From assembly GCA_030704615.1 (NCBI GenBank), contig CM060731.1, forward strand, positions 86,242,001 through 86,306,000: a DNA stretch of 64,000 nt, read 5' to 3'. Below, in pieces: positions 18,613 through 30,929 of this stretch (positions are counted from its first letter, which is position 1; every line of letters begins with the position of its first letter). Below the pieces are notes generated by a model. The model was not told the DNA's origin, made no database searches, and saw only the letters and a list, made by a program, of their open reading frames with translations. The stretch is from Takakia lepidozioides (Eukaryota > Plantae > Bryophyta). The position numbers and the translations under genes were made by a program.

Positions 18613-18690
18613 TAGGGTGATAAGGATATAAGGGTTATGGTTTGGGGTTTGTGGTTCACGGTTGGGGTTTGAGTTTAGGGTTTCCGGGTT
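18613..18690 (+). repeat. Degenerate telomere-like tract (TTTAGGG/TTTGGGG), split by CACTA 1
   Basis: TAAGGGTTATGGTTTGGGGTTTG...GTTTAGGGTTTCCGGGTT continues the GTTAGGGTTGAGG left flank at 11788-11800. Confidence 0.55.
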
Positions 18691-19399
18691 ACTGTGGTAA
18701 AACACGTGTTTCCGCGGTAATAGGTGCTCTTCCGCAAAAATAGACCCTGCATCTTCCTCCATTTTCATGCCAGGTGGACTAGGCTCACGTCAGCCTGGCT
18801 GGCTTTCCATATTCGATGGTGGTATGATTGAAGGGCACGACATTGTGGTGAACATCGACAGGGGCGGTACAACGGCTGCAATCCAGTTTACCTGGAGGAG
18901 CCCGATGACTCATGAGCTAGTTTTTAGAGCAGTCGAAGTCCCGCTGACAACGTGACTTGTATTCAGAAGGCACAGGGCTATAGATTTGTTTGCACCTTCA
19001 GCACAATAGACGTGCTTCAAATGCAATTCATGTGGATCAATAAAAACCCCATTGTGCCCTCCTTTTTGTTCTATTTTGTATCCATCGTTCTCACAATGCA
19101 TCATTCGTCATTCGTTTTGGATTGGGAGTGGGGGTGGATTTTGGAAGTGGCTGGTAGGCTGTAATGGGGGCCCATTGTACAGAGCAGTACCACCCTACCT
19201 TCCGCAAAACATTGCCTTTCAATATATAATTCTAAAAAACATTGCCTAACCTCCTTCATCGGGAGGTCCTTGTCCCCCTATGACCATGACACCCTCAACC
19301 CTATTCCCGTGGATAATAATTTCCTCATGTTTTTTTCGACACTTACGACTTTGCTCATGGCTCATGCCGCTCATGGCTCATGGCTCATGAAATAGCAGC

Positions 19400-20294
19400 C
19401 CCCGTTGGAAGGCATCTATGTTTCGTTGTGGAAGCGGGGATAGTATCCGGGATTGTGGGGGTGGGGTGTGGGTGGAGGGGATGAGGGACATGGGGAAGGA
19501 TATCGATACTGGGTAGTGGGCGGAGTTACAAATACTATTGATGTGTATATGACTGTGTAGTTGTGGTGGTATCAGGGTGTGGGCTTTGAGGTAGTAACCG
19601 TCTAGTAGAGGAATAGTTGATCCCTCCTTGTCTGGAATAGTGGTAGTCAGCGGGTATGTATTGGAATTGGTGTTGCTAGATGTATTTTGCCCATGAGTGA
19701 TCTGTTGGGGAGGGAGGTTTATGTACGCCATTGTAGGTGTGACCTAGTAAGGCTATGTCTCTGTTAAAGTCGTCAGCTAGTATGAAGTTGTGATGGAGCG
19801 TTGTTGGTTGAGTGACAGTGTTAGAAATTGTTTGGAGGATGTCCGGGATCAGCGAGAGGTCATCGACATGTGACGGCATGTAGAGATGAATTAGAGTGAT
19901 GGGGGTTAGGGCGGGTAGGTTTAGTTGTATGATTTGGAGGTGTGAGCGTAGGGGGAGGGGTAGAGTTATTTTAGTGGTGGTACTAGAGGAGTGGTGTGTA
20001 CGGAGGATACCTAGTGCAATGCCGCCTCTAGAGGGGTGGTATGGGGCAGACCATCGGGAAAGGCATTGCGCGGCTGTTAGGGGGTTTCCATACAGCATAT
20101 GGTATGCCGGAAGAAATTTGTTTAAATAAGAGCTATTGAGGGTATTGGTGTTAAGCTTGGTTTCTTGTAGGAGGATGATGTGTGGAGAGTTGGATTCGGA
20201 GAGTAGGTGTATAAGACTTTGAATGCTTGTGGCTAGGGATCCCACATTCCAGGTGGTGATACCAAGGGAGTGAGCGTGGTGGGTGCGGTCCAGG

Positions 20295-20334
<40 letters not shown>

Positions 20335-21780
20335 GGGTGTCTATTGGGTGGTGGTGTGTTGGGAGAATTGGGGGGTTGGGGTGGTGGCGTTTTGGGGGGT
20401 TGCGGCCTTGGTGGATGTTGGTAACCGGGAATTGGAGAGTGGGCTTGGAGAGTGGCATTGAGGATATTGTCTGAGAAGAATGGGAATTTTTGGCTCATGT
20501 CACGGAGGTCGTGAGTAGGGTCGGAGAGGTGGTCGCCTAAGATTTTATGGGCATGTCCGGGAGTTGATTGGAGGAGTTGAAGTGATTCGTGTAGCTCGGA
20601 TAGGTAGTGAGGGGTGCTATATAGTTGTGGGGATGTGCTGGGAGTTGTTGAAGTTTGTGTAGAAGTGTTTGGACTTGTGAGTCCGTGTGGGTCCTGAAGT
20701 AGTCATCACATATTGTGGGTAGTGGGGAGATGGTAATAATTAAGGAGAATAAAATGTGTAGCGGTGGGTATTGGGTAAGTTGTCAAACCGCTTGTGTGAG
20801 GGCGGGGTAGTCACATGTGGGGAGGCCAAATGTGGAGCTATTGGGTATTTAGTTGTGGGTTGGACGGAGGATGAGGTGATAGCGGGCAAAAAGTGGTTGT
20901 ATAAGTGTTGATAGGCTGGTTTGAGTGAGACAGTGTTGGGTTGAAAGTATAGCGCATATTTATCTTGGGGGTCGGTAGGGAGGTCATTAATATTGTTGAT
21001 GGTATTTGGGGCGGGGTTTGGATGGATGTCACCACATCTCATAAGTATGAGTAGTGCGCATGTTAGAGTGAATTTGGTGTGGTGTGATGGGGGGTGATGG
21101 AGGGAGTGCTTGGATGCCAGGATTGTAGTTGATACCGACCATGAGGGCAGTGTGTTAGGAGGTAGCTTTGGGAGTGTGTGTTTATGTAGTTAGGAGTGTC
21201 AGGAGAATGTATAGGGGGTTTATCGGGGCTTGGTAAATCTGTATGGATGGTAACGCTTATAATCGTGGAACTGGTGGCGGCAAGGTGCGATGGTGCACGG
21301 AAGGGTATTGTGTCTGTGGTTAAGGAGTTAAAGTGTGTTTGGTATGTAGGAGTGGGATCCTGGTGGGTGAGGCAGGTGCGCAGGCAGTGGGTGATAAGGG
21401 GGAGGGGTGGCTGGGTTGGATAAAGAATTGCGGGGGTATGAGTGTGTGGGGGCTGGGGTGAAAAGTGTGAGGAGTGGAGCCGGATGGATGAGAATCCGTT
21501 GGGGATATTGTCATGGATGAATGAGAGTGTGGGTGCACGGATGAGGTATCGGTTATGGGTGGCGGGGGGGCAATAGGGGGAGATTGAATTGATTTGGGTG
21601 GGGTTCGTGACAGGGGGCGGGTGCAGACACGTGGAGGGGGCGGTGGGACGTAGCAGTCGGGGTACGATCGTGTGGGAGTGTCGAGAGTGGCTGTAGATGC
21701 ATATATTGGTACACTTTTCTTTTCAGATCGTTTTTGATCATAAGACAAGCGGTTTCGGCATTGTATTGCCAAAACATGTT
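19400..21780 (-). pseudogene. Degenerate LINE with APE endonuclease domain; RT not present
   Basis: ORF 19676-20458 has ITTWNVGSL, ILLQETK, RGGIA, LIHLYMP, ILADDFN (EEP/APE motifs); frameshifted continuation to ~19420; strongly C/A-rich coding strand. Confidence 0.85.
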
Positions 21781-23069
21781 AGTTTGTTAGTTGTCTGGAA
21801 ATCATTGGTAAAGCATGTAGGAAATTAGATAGTGTCTGCGATGACCATGGAGTGGAACTCTGGCGTCAAGATGACCGTAGGAAGCTGCATCGATAGCAGA
21901 TTAGGCTGCCAATTCGGTACCAGAAACGGCAAGTTAATCCTGTTCAAACAATACAAGACGACTGTTCCAGTCCCAGATTGCGATCTCTATTTTCTCCCGC
22001 CTTTCAAGTCTAGTAGGAACACATGGCGAGGAGCTTGGCAATTGGTGGAAGCGACATGTACAGCGATAAAATATCGCAACAAAGCAATTGGCCGCATCGG
22101 AATGACAGCAGGTCAGGACGACTTTCAAACGGCAAAGCGTGGACTTGTTAGCGGTGCGGGACAACTGGAGGGGACTCCGGACAACCTATGACTCAGTGGC
22201 AGGGTCAAAGACCCAAGAGCCATCACCAGGGATTTGATTTCCAAAAATACCACAAAATCTGTGTGTAGCGAAAATACGACGAATGGCGAGAAGTGCAACT
22301 TTTTACCACCGATGGAGCTGAGAATTTACAGGCTGATACAAGGTATATAATTGTAGTTTTTCACCAAGTTTGGTAATTTATGGAGCTGATTAGCAGCAGG
22401 GCCAGATTATTGAGTCGACGGCACTCACGGGGCCTATTATTTGCATTTCTACTTCTTGGATGGATGAAAAATCCTGGAATTCGCCTTGAGGAGCTGTATG
22501 GATGAAATGAAAACTCGCGCCAACTGGTCATCTAATTGGATGGATGAAAAGACAGCTTTCATTTGCCTCTAAGACTTTTCATCCATGTTGAATATTATAT
22601 TATATATCTTCCAAGGAAACAATAGTTTAATGAATATTTTCCATTAGTTTATTAGGCTCAAAAACAGTATAAAAGAAGGGCAAGGCTTCTCTTGTTCTTC
22701 ATCTAGTTCTTCTCTTGCTTAGTTTCCTCTTGTTGTAGTGTTGTTAGTTTGAGGCTTGAGGAGGCTAGATCCTAGGGAGTGGAGCTTGAAGCTCCCTAGT
22801 TAGGTAAAATTCTTGTGAGTTAAGGCAAGTGGCCTAGCTTGTGGGCCTTTGAGCCATTTCATTTATGAAGGAAGAGGGCCATTTCATGTAGAGGAAAGTG
22901 ACTTGAGGACGAGTAGGAGGGGCTGGTGTGGACTTATGGACGAGAGCCCAAGTGGAGGCCGCATAGAGTACCATTACTTGAGTCGATAGAGCATCCCAAG
23001 CACTCTCGCATTGAAAGGTTGATCCTATCTTACCATTCACCATTTATGTATGTGATTCATTTATTTATA

Positions 23070-23949
23070 GTGCTGCACCCAAGCCACGCATCACTACACA
23101 GCAAAATACCCAACCTTCGTACGTTACCCCATACACAATTACCCATCCCCCCAAACCACATCTTGCGCCACACACCCATATTAAGCCCTTTGTGCAACCG
23201 CTAACTCTACCAACCCACTCCCAACCCTCCCTCATATGCGCACCCACACGCAACATCATCACCATTGTGCACCACAGTAGCCCAAACCACACCACAATGA
23301 CTTTATTCCACTCTAACTAACTGGACATCCCTTGACGATATCGTCCACCGCACACTACCTACATATGGGAAAGCACTCCGTGCCTATGCCACCAAAACCC
23401 AACATATGGATAGTCTCTCTACATGCTACAAAATTACTTGCCCGCCGCTGGCAAGACAGGGCCATCACGAACATACACAGTGTCAGTAACACGCCCTCTA
23501 CCGCACACCTAGTGTAACTGCATTTTCCCACGCCAGTCGCCCCCACAACCTACACCCCCCCCCCCCCCCACCCAACATCCATCCACCCATTACCCCCACA
23601 TGACATTAACATATCTACGCATATCCTTCATATGGCTCCGAGCACTCTACTCTAACTCAAGCAGTAAAGGGCAAGGCCGCCCACAACATTCAACATAACG
23701 CACCCCCCAACACCACACCCTCTCTGTACAATATTTTTACACCAGACCAGTATCACCCACCATACCCACAGCTGTCTATAAGGCACAGTCCCCAAGACCG
23801 CCACCCTAACAGGCCATGGAACATTACAAGAACCCCCCCAAAAGCACTATTATGCCACCTCCCCCCTTTAACACACCCCCCCTCAACTTAACTACCTTGT
23901 TTAATGCATCCTCCCAAATAGCCCTCTCTCACTTCCTCTCCCTATCACA

Positions 23950-23986
<37 letters not shown>

Positions 23987-24860
23987 CACCACATCCCTAG
24001 TGCAATCTGTCAGCCCATGGTGCCCAGATGCCCAAACTTTTGATGACTATCCAACATCACCTTACACCAAAACTAAAACCCATTATGCCCCACCACTCCC
24101 CGATCTCACTCAGCCGCCATCCTAGTATAAACAGATAATGGCCATCTTCAAAGCGCTGCATTTCCCCAGCCGCCAGCCCCCCTGGCTCTCGCCACCATTG
24201 CAGAAACGCACACACCAATCGCCATAGCAAACCCCCTTCCCATAGTCCCACCCCCCCCATAATTGCTCTCGTCACTGCCACAGCTCCACGCCCACCACCC
24301 ACTGCTCATACCCACCCCGCATTAGCTCTCATCATCTCTCTCCTCCCTCTTCGTTTATCCCAGTCAACATCCTCATACGTATGTCTAGCTCCAAGGTGTG
24401 CGGAATTCAAAAACGAGCAGGCAATATTCAAAAACAGCCTAGATCTACCAGCATCACTACCCGAAGTAGGAAATCTCGTGAACTCCCACCCTCCACCCTC
24501 AAATCAACCTCGAAGCAACAGCAAATGGCGGACGACGAGGAGATGGAACGGACTCCCACGGGAGCGACGGACGCCAACGACATGCACTCCTTCGACGCGC
24601 TCTTCTTTGCTGCCAAAGAGGCCTACTAGACCCGGTCTACACAAAGCCCACCAAAGATCGTCACTCCAACCATCATGAAGGATCTTTAAAAAACTCATGT
24701 CAGATCTGCTCTGAGAGGCGGCGTTCACAAGAGCCTTAAACACTCCAGGGATCGGCAGCTCACGGCATCTACAGCACGAGCACCATCACCACCTCCATGC
24801 CGCCATCGTGCGCATTCCCGTAGCGCAAAAGAAAGAAACTAGGTTGCACATGGCCTTACC
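23070..24860 (+). mobile_element. Probable degenerate LINE-related remnant (C/A-rich segment plus ORF1-like start MADDEEMERT...)
   Basis: Same compositional bias and poly-C runs as the neighbouring LINE; no diagnostic domain recognised. Confidence 0.3.
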
Positions 24861-24912
24861 CTGTCAGGCTTCGTCATTCATCCATTGACTGGATGAAAAA
24901 CATCCACCATTG

Positions 24913-25135
24913 CCTTGAACCCGACGGACGCGGTCCGTTTCCCATCCAGGGTAGATGAAAAAAATCGGGCACTCACAATCATCCATATCTGCCTTGAACC
25001 CGACGGACAGAGTCCGTTTCTCATCCAGGGTAGATGAAAAAAATCGGGCACTCATAATTATCCACAGCTTTCTTGAACCCAACGGACAGACTCCGTTTCT
25101 CATCCAGGGTGGATGAAAAAGATCGGGCATTCATA
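24913..25135. repeat. 79-bp tandem repeat, ~2.8 copies
   Basis: TTGAACCC at 24915, 24994 and 25073, each followed by CCGTTTC.CATCCAGGGT.GATGAAAAA.ATCGGGCA. Confidence 0.9.
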
Positions 25136-25364
25136 CTGGGCTTATAAAGTATCCGTCTATAACATAGGCCGGAGGAAATCACGACGAAGTTCATCTGGTT
25201 TTCCCTGCAACCCAGGTTGTAAGCACATAACAAAAATATATGGAAGTCGGGATAACAATTCCATAGACCCAGTATACAGAGGGAGAGAGGCAACTGCTCA
25301 GTCCCACCCCCCCCTCCAACCACCCCTTTTTTTTTTTTTTTTCCCCCCTCGTCTCTCCCTCTCT

Positions 25365-27966
25365 CTCCCTCCCTCCATGGATCTGGCTGGTTCATTTAAA
25401 ACTTGATAGTTTAAGACCAGTGGTATGTTACCTAACCCCTAATTAACCTTCTTGAGATTTTTCATCCATATTGGATGATTTCTGGTTACTTTGTGGATGG
25501 ATTTCGCTGATGGGTAATTAACTATGTGAATAAGTTCATCCATAAAGGATGAACTTTCTACTTTGCGGATGAAATCATCAGTCGGTTGATCTACCTTTGG
25601 CAGAATTCATCCATACTGGATGTATTTTTTGGATGAAATCCGTTACTAGGTGTTTAACCACTTACTTCTGTTTAGCCGCACCGGATGAATTTCTTTACTT
25701 GACGGATGATGTCATTTACTTATGGCAGAATTCATCCAGACCGGATGAATTTCTATTTTTTGGATGAAATCCTTTGCTGGAAAATTAACCATCCGCCTTA
25801 GTTCATCCATACCGGATGAACTTTTTACTTCTTGGATGAAGGCAACAGATGGTGGATTTTTCATTTATCAAAATTCATCCATACCGGATGATTTACTTGT
25901 AGGATGAAGTTCGAGTTTGGTTAATTTCGGTTATTTACATTACCCGGATTTGTGGTATAAGGTCGTGATGTTTTTATCCTAATGAAGCCATCTTATTGAA
26001 GCCATCGCATGGATGAAATCGCGGGAAATTGCACTTCATCTCTTCCTTGCCCTAACCCTCTGCACGACGATCGTGCTTAAGGGATGGCGGGAGGTGAGAG
26101 ATGGTGGCGGGGGGCGCATGGAGCTCGATTCAGGCGCCCTTGAATGCTATGGAGCTGCTAAGGCCTTTAGGTGTTCTGGCAAGATTCAGTACCTTCTTCC
26201 CCTCTTGGGGTGCGCAATGACGGCAGTACCTGCAATTTCCCTGTGGCGGTTGTCTCTAATGCTTGGCGGGTGATCTACCTATGTTGTGGTTGCTTGTTGT
26301 GACCTTTATTGATCGTTAAGATACAAGCGGCACATCTTAAGGCCTCAGGGAAGTGTCTGAACTCTTTAAGTTTGGGCGATTCACTTTCTTTGTGCATGCT
26401 TTGTACTTCTTGTTCTGCATTATTGTTTGCACGTCTTGAGAGCTATGGCGTAGGCCTCTCTTCCACAAGCCATCAAGGTATTGGCTTGCATATGCTATGT
26501 TTCCTTTCTGCCCCTGCTTTGTAATGCATGTTGTACAGCGATAACAAGCGTGAGACCTGTGATTCACCTGGGGTTCCACATCGTCTCTAACTTAACTGTT
26601 TTTTATTGCATGTGATGGGACTAACATGGATTTTAAAGCTTGAAGTTGATTGGAATCGAGTTGAAGAAGTGACGCCATCTGTATCTTTGGGGGAGAACAA
26701 TCCTTTCTTCCTCTTTCCTTTGATCTTGATGGCTCCTATGTTTAACTTAGTATGGTGGACAATCAATCATTAGGGTGACTATCTCTTGTTCCCTGTGGCA
26801 TACGGATGTGACAATGGAGCAATGATATGACAAGCTGATGGCTTTAAAGAGATCTGGTAACATGCTACAATGTAGGGCAGACATGTTTTCATGACCAGAC
26901 AGTGTTCTTGAATGTACAAGCATTGGACACTTAGCCTCTTTTAGAAGCTGGCTACTTTAGGACACTTGATGCCATGCCAAACTGATATGGATGGATCTTT
27001 TGTGGCCAAATCTGGTCCTTGGTTATATGCCCTTGAATGTTTACCTATTTTCCAAAATGGTAAGACATTGGTAGATGTGAAGAGAATGATCCAGGCCTTG
27101 TATTCAAGTTGCTTTAGGATAAATGATACCAAAATAACCTGCAGGCCTGATGGGATGAGCAATTCAGATTCTTTGTGTTTCCTATGGATGATTGCCTGGC
27201 ATGTAAATCTGATTACAGCCTGTTATGGTAATGATTTCCCTACCCTAGACATAGAACTTGGTCTTGGGGAATGGAATAAGATTGGGGAATATTACTCTAC
27301 CCTGTCATTGAACTTACACACCAGCCCTAGATCTAAACAGATCATGGGGCAAAAAACTTGGTGTCAATAAGTGACTTGATGTGCAAAATAGGGCAGCTGA
27401 TTATACCCTATTGTATAAGCTGCCAAATATCAGTCTGTAATCCTACTTTGGTGATGTTCTTTATGCAAAGAAATGCTCTTATTTTGTTCTTAAGCCTTCT
27501 ATGTGATCATAAATGGCTTCTTTAAGACAAACAGACATTCCCAGCCATGAACAGTGATCAATGGTTCTTTATTTGGACATGGATACTTACTGCTCAGTCA
27601 TTTTGGTATGGAATGATACAAAGAACCCAAAACTATACTAGTTTTTGGGCCAACAATAAATTAGGATGGTTGGTTATGCCTTGGTATGTAAGCTGACCAA
27701 AAAATACATACTGAATGACATGGCATGTCATGAATGGCACTTTTTAGCATGTTGAACAAAGGTTTCCTGCTATGAACAGTGGTAATTGAGTCTCTAATTT
27801 TCCCCACCCCCCACCCAGAGATTTCATTGACTTTGAAGTCTGGGATTTGTCATAAAGCTGACTTGTGAATGAAGAATGGTTGATAATGCCTTGTTATGAG
27901 GCTGATTTTGTCGTTAATTTTACAATGACCTTGTCATGTCTTTGTCCATGTCTCGACAAGACATAA
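25365..27966 (+). repeat. Left arm of ~2.6-kb inverted repeat pair; outer part rich in TTCATCC/GGATGAA
   Basis: Reverse-complement similarity to 28341-29195 and 43096-44720, e.g. CCTCCATGGATCTGGCTGG, GCACGACGATCGTGCTTAAGGG, GACTTGTGAATGAAGAATGGTTGATAATGCCTTG. Confidence 0.88.
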
Positions 27967-29195
27967 TTTTTTTCCCTCATCTCTCCCTCTGTCCCATCAG
28001 GATGTGAAGAGAGAGGGAGAGAGAGGGAGGCAGCTGCAGTCCCCCCCACCTTCATTTTTCATTTTTTTTTCCCACATCTCTCTCCCTCTCTTTTCCCTCA
28101 TCTCTCCCTCTATCCCATCAGGATGTGGAGAGAGAGGAGAGATGAGGGAAAAAAAAAAAAAAAAAAGGTGGGGGGGGGGGGGGTGACTGAGCAGCACCTG
28201 CTTAGTCACTCCCCCCACACATTTTATTTTTATTTTTATTTTTTTTTTTCCTCATCTCTCTCCTTCTCTCCCTCTCTCCCTCTCTCCATCTGTCCCTCTC
28301 TCTCCCTCTGTCCCATCAGGATGTGGAGAGAGAGAAGATCTTATGTCTTGTCAGGACACAGACAAGACTTGACTAGGTTAATGCCAGATTAATGACAAAT
28401 CAGCCTCATAACAAGGCATTATCAACCATTCTTCATTCACAAGTCAGCTTTATGACAAACCCCAGACTTCAAAGTCAATAAAATCTCTGGGTGGGGGGGT
28501 GGGAAAATTTAGAGACTCATTTACCATTGTTCATAGAAGGAAACACTTGTTCAGCATGCTAAAAAATGCCATTCATGATGTTGCAGTCTGTATTTTTTTG
28601 GCCAGCTTACACACTAGGCATAACCAACCATCATATTTTATTGTTGGCCCAAAACCTGGTTTAGTTTTGGGTTCTTTGTATCATTTCATACTAAGGTGAC
28701 TGAGCAGCAAGTATCCATGTCCAAATAAGGAACCATTGATCATTGTTCATAGCTAGAAATGTCTGTTCAGCTTAAAGAAGCTATTTATGATCACATAGAA
28801 GGCTTAAGAACAAAGTAGAAGCATTTATTTGCATAAAAAACATCACCAAAGGAAGGTTACAGACCATTTTTTGGCAGCTTATACACCTGGGTATAACCAG
28901 CTGCCCTATTTTACACATCAGGTCAAGTTCTGACATCATGTTTTTTTTGCCCCATGATCTGTTTTAGATCTGGGGCTGGTGTGTAAATGCAATGACAGGG
29001 CAGAAAAGTGTTCCCACATCCTATTTCATGCCCCAAGACCAAGTTCTATGTGTGGGGCAGGGATATCATTACCATAACAGGCTGTAATCAGATTTACATG
29101 CCATGCAATCATTCATAAAAAAACACAGAGGGTCTGAATTGCTCATTCCATCAGGCCAGCAGGCTGCCTTGGTATCATTTATCCTGAAGCAACCT

Positions 29196-29621
29196 TGTCA
29201 TGCGCATACACCTCGCTACACAACTACATCGTTGTCCAACCACACAACATATACATACACACAAATCAGTTTGCCACAATGATTAATAAAAACTAGCCAC
29301 CATCACTCATGCATTACGAGTCAAGCCAAGCATACCCCAAAAACTATGGGAAATCTGCACTACGCGCGCCATAGCCGACGCGGGAGGCTCAACTCGAGAG
29401 AGATGAGCCTCCCGTGAAGATAAGCCACGCCCAAGGGCCAACAAATATCTTGACCCCTGGGTTGACACTTGGATCAAGCCCAAGTGTCATATATAAAAAC
29501 TAGTTATTTATTGGCTAGTTTCACACTACTAGTAAACTTTACTTGACAGCTGTCATGCGCATACACCTCGCTACACAACTACATCGCTGTCCAAACCATA
29601 CACACAAATCAGTCTGCCACA
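29196..29621 (-). repeat. 3' terminal Y-X-Y repeat block with junction palindrome TGACAGCTGTCA (29544-29555)
   Basis: TGTCATGCGCATACACCTCGCTACACAACTACATCG occurs at 29196 and 29551; the intervening 269 bp matches 42828-43095 apart from roughly ten differences. Confidence 0.95.
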
Positions 29622-29625
29622 ATTG

Positions 29626-29632
29626 CCCCCCT
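29626..29632 (-). promoter_or_regulatory. Polypurine tract AGGGGGG just upstream of the inner Y repeat
   Basis: Minus strand reads TAGGGGGGCAAT-TGTGGC, the usual PPT-then-TG arrangement. Confidence 0.65.
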
Positions 29633-29882
29633 AGCTGGTGGTTAGGTCCCTCTAACTCCAGATAGCTACAAGAGGTAATAGCCACAGCCTCACTAAGTCC
29701 TCTATCACTATCCCTATTGTACTCAAACTCTATAGACCAAGAGGCCGGGTATAAGAGTAGCCCCATCGTTATTCGCCGTCTTGCAATCTGTGAACTTGAG
29801 CCAGAGATCTCGTGTATTGGTCCCATAGTAGCTTGGCCTTGTGGTTCTTGTTAGTCTCACGTGGTTGTATCCATTGCTACTA

Positions 29883-30530
29883 TTAAATGCAGCGTGGACA
29901 CAACCAATCCCCATCAGGAACCATATCAAGAGGTGGCGTCAAGCATCCCATGTGCCAACCTCTTGAGCATCAATCGCACACCAGCATGGTGGCTGCCCCT
30001 CTGGCAGACCCACACAACATGCACCGCAACGTATCACGATGTTGTGCAATGACAAGGTTCTCGAAAGCCATGGGCATGACTTTCTTGAACAACTCTGCAC
30101 GCTGATCACATGCACGTGCCCACACGTCCGGATCGTCAAGGTTGAGAACTGTAGCAGCTTCTCTATGAATGGATGCAGGCAAATCTGGCTCTCGGCCAAA
30201 GAGAAGAAAGTATGGTGGGAAGGAGGCAAGTGATGCTTGTTTGCTGAGCCTATAGCCCATGGCTAACCAAGGTAACTGAAGGTCCCAATCTCCTAGGTGT
30301 CCCTTCTGCAAGCCATACTTGCGCAAACCCTTCTTCACTGTCTGAACAACCCTCTCTACCAAGCCATTGGCCTCAGGATGATCCCGAGAAGTGGTGCGGT
30401 GGTCTACCAAGGCCTTGTCACACAACGCCTGAAACTCCCCCAAGAACTCTCTCCCTTGGTTCGTGAGTATCTCAGTTGGAGCACCGAATCAGCTAAGTAC
30501 ACAATCCAAGAATGCATACGCAGCTCCCTC
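29883..30530 (-). pseudogene. C-terminal part of DDE integrase (rve) fused to PHD finger
   Basis: FGAPTEILTNQGREF...HPEANGLVERVVQTVK...PYFLLFGREP, then CMLC...LVCD*CSRGWHMGCLTPPL...WLCPRC (C4HC3); internal TGA stops fit CGA deamination. Confidence 0.92.
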
Positions 30531-30929
30531 TCCTCCAGTGACTATGGGTCCAATATCAGGCTCCCAGTTGTCCTCTGTGACTGCAACCTTGAGTCCAGCA
30601 GGCCTAGAGGTAGAAGACGCGTCCCGTGGTTGCTATGCTGCAACCTCTTGAGTAGTGATTACTACCTGCTCTGCCAATGATAATGCATCATCCTGCCCCA
30701 TCATCTCATTCTTGAGGACCTCCTCAACCCGAGAAAAATCCCCAACCTCATCCATCACTACCGCCTTGGCTGCCAACTCCCTCTGAACCTCGAGCATCTC
30801 CCACGTGTGCCATAGATACGGCCTGCACGTCGTGGTCCTCACCTGTTTGCCCCCACTCGCTGCCCGTACCGTCTCGGTAGGCAGAGAGACCATCAAGGGA
30901 AGTGTACTCCGTACTCTGTGCTGCTCAGC

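Noticed and set aside
20297-20333. 37-nt poly-G (and 33-nt poly-C at 23952-23984) as a polyproline domain or G-quadruplex signal
   Set aside because: Homopolymer expansions in decayed C-rich LINE sequence; lengths are unreliable.
22600-23070. LTR-like segment with TATAAAAG (also a TGTTG-starting segment at 8983)
   Set aside because: No partner LTR, PBS, PPT or TSD could be established.
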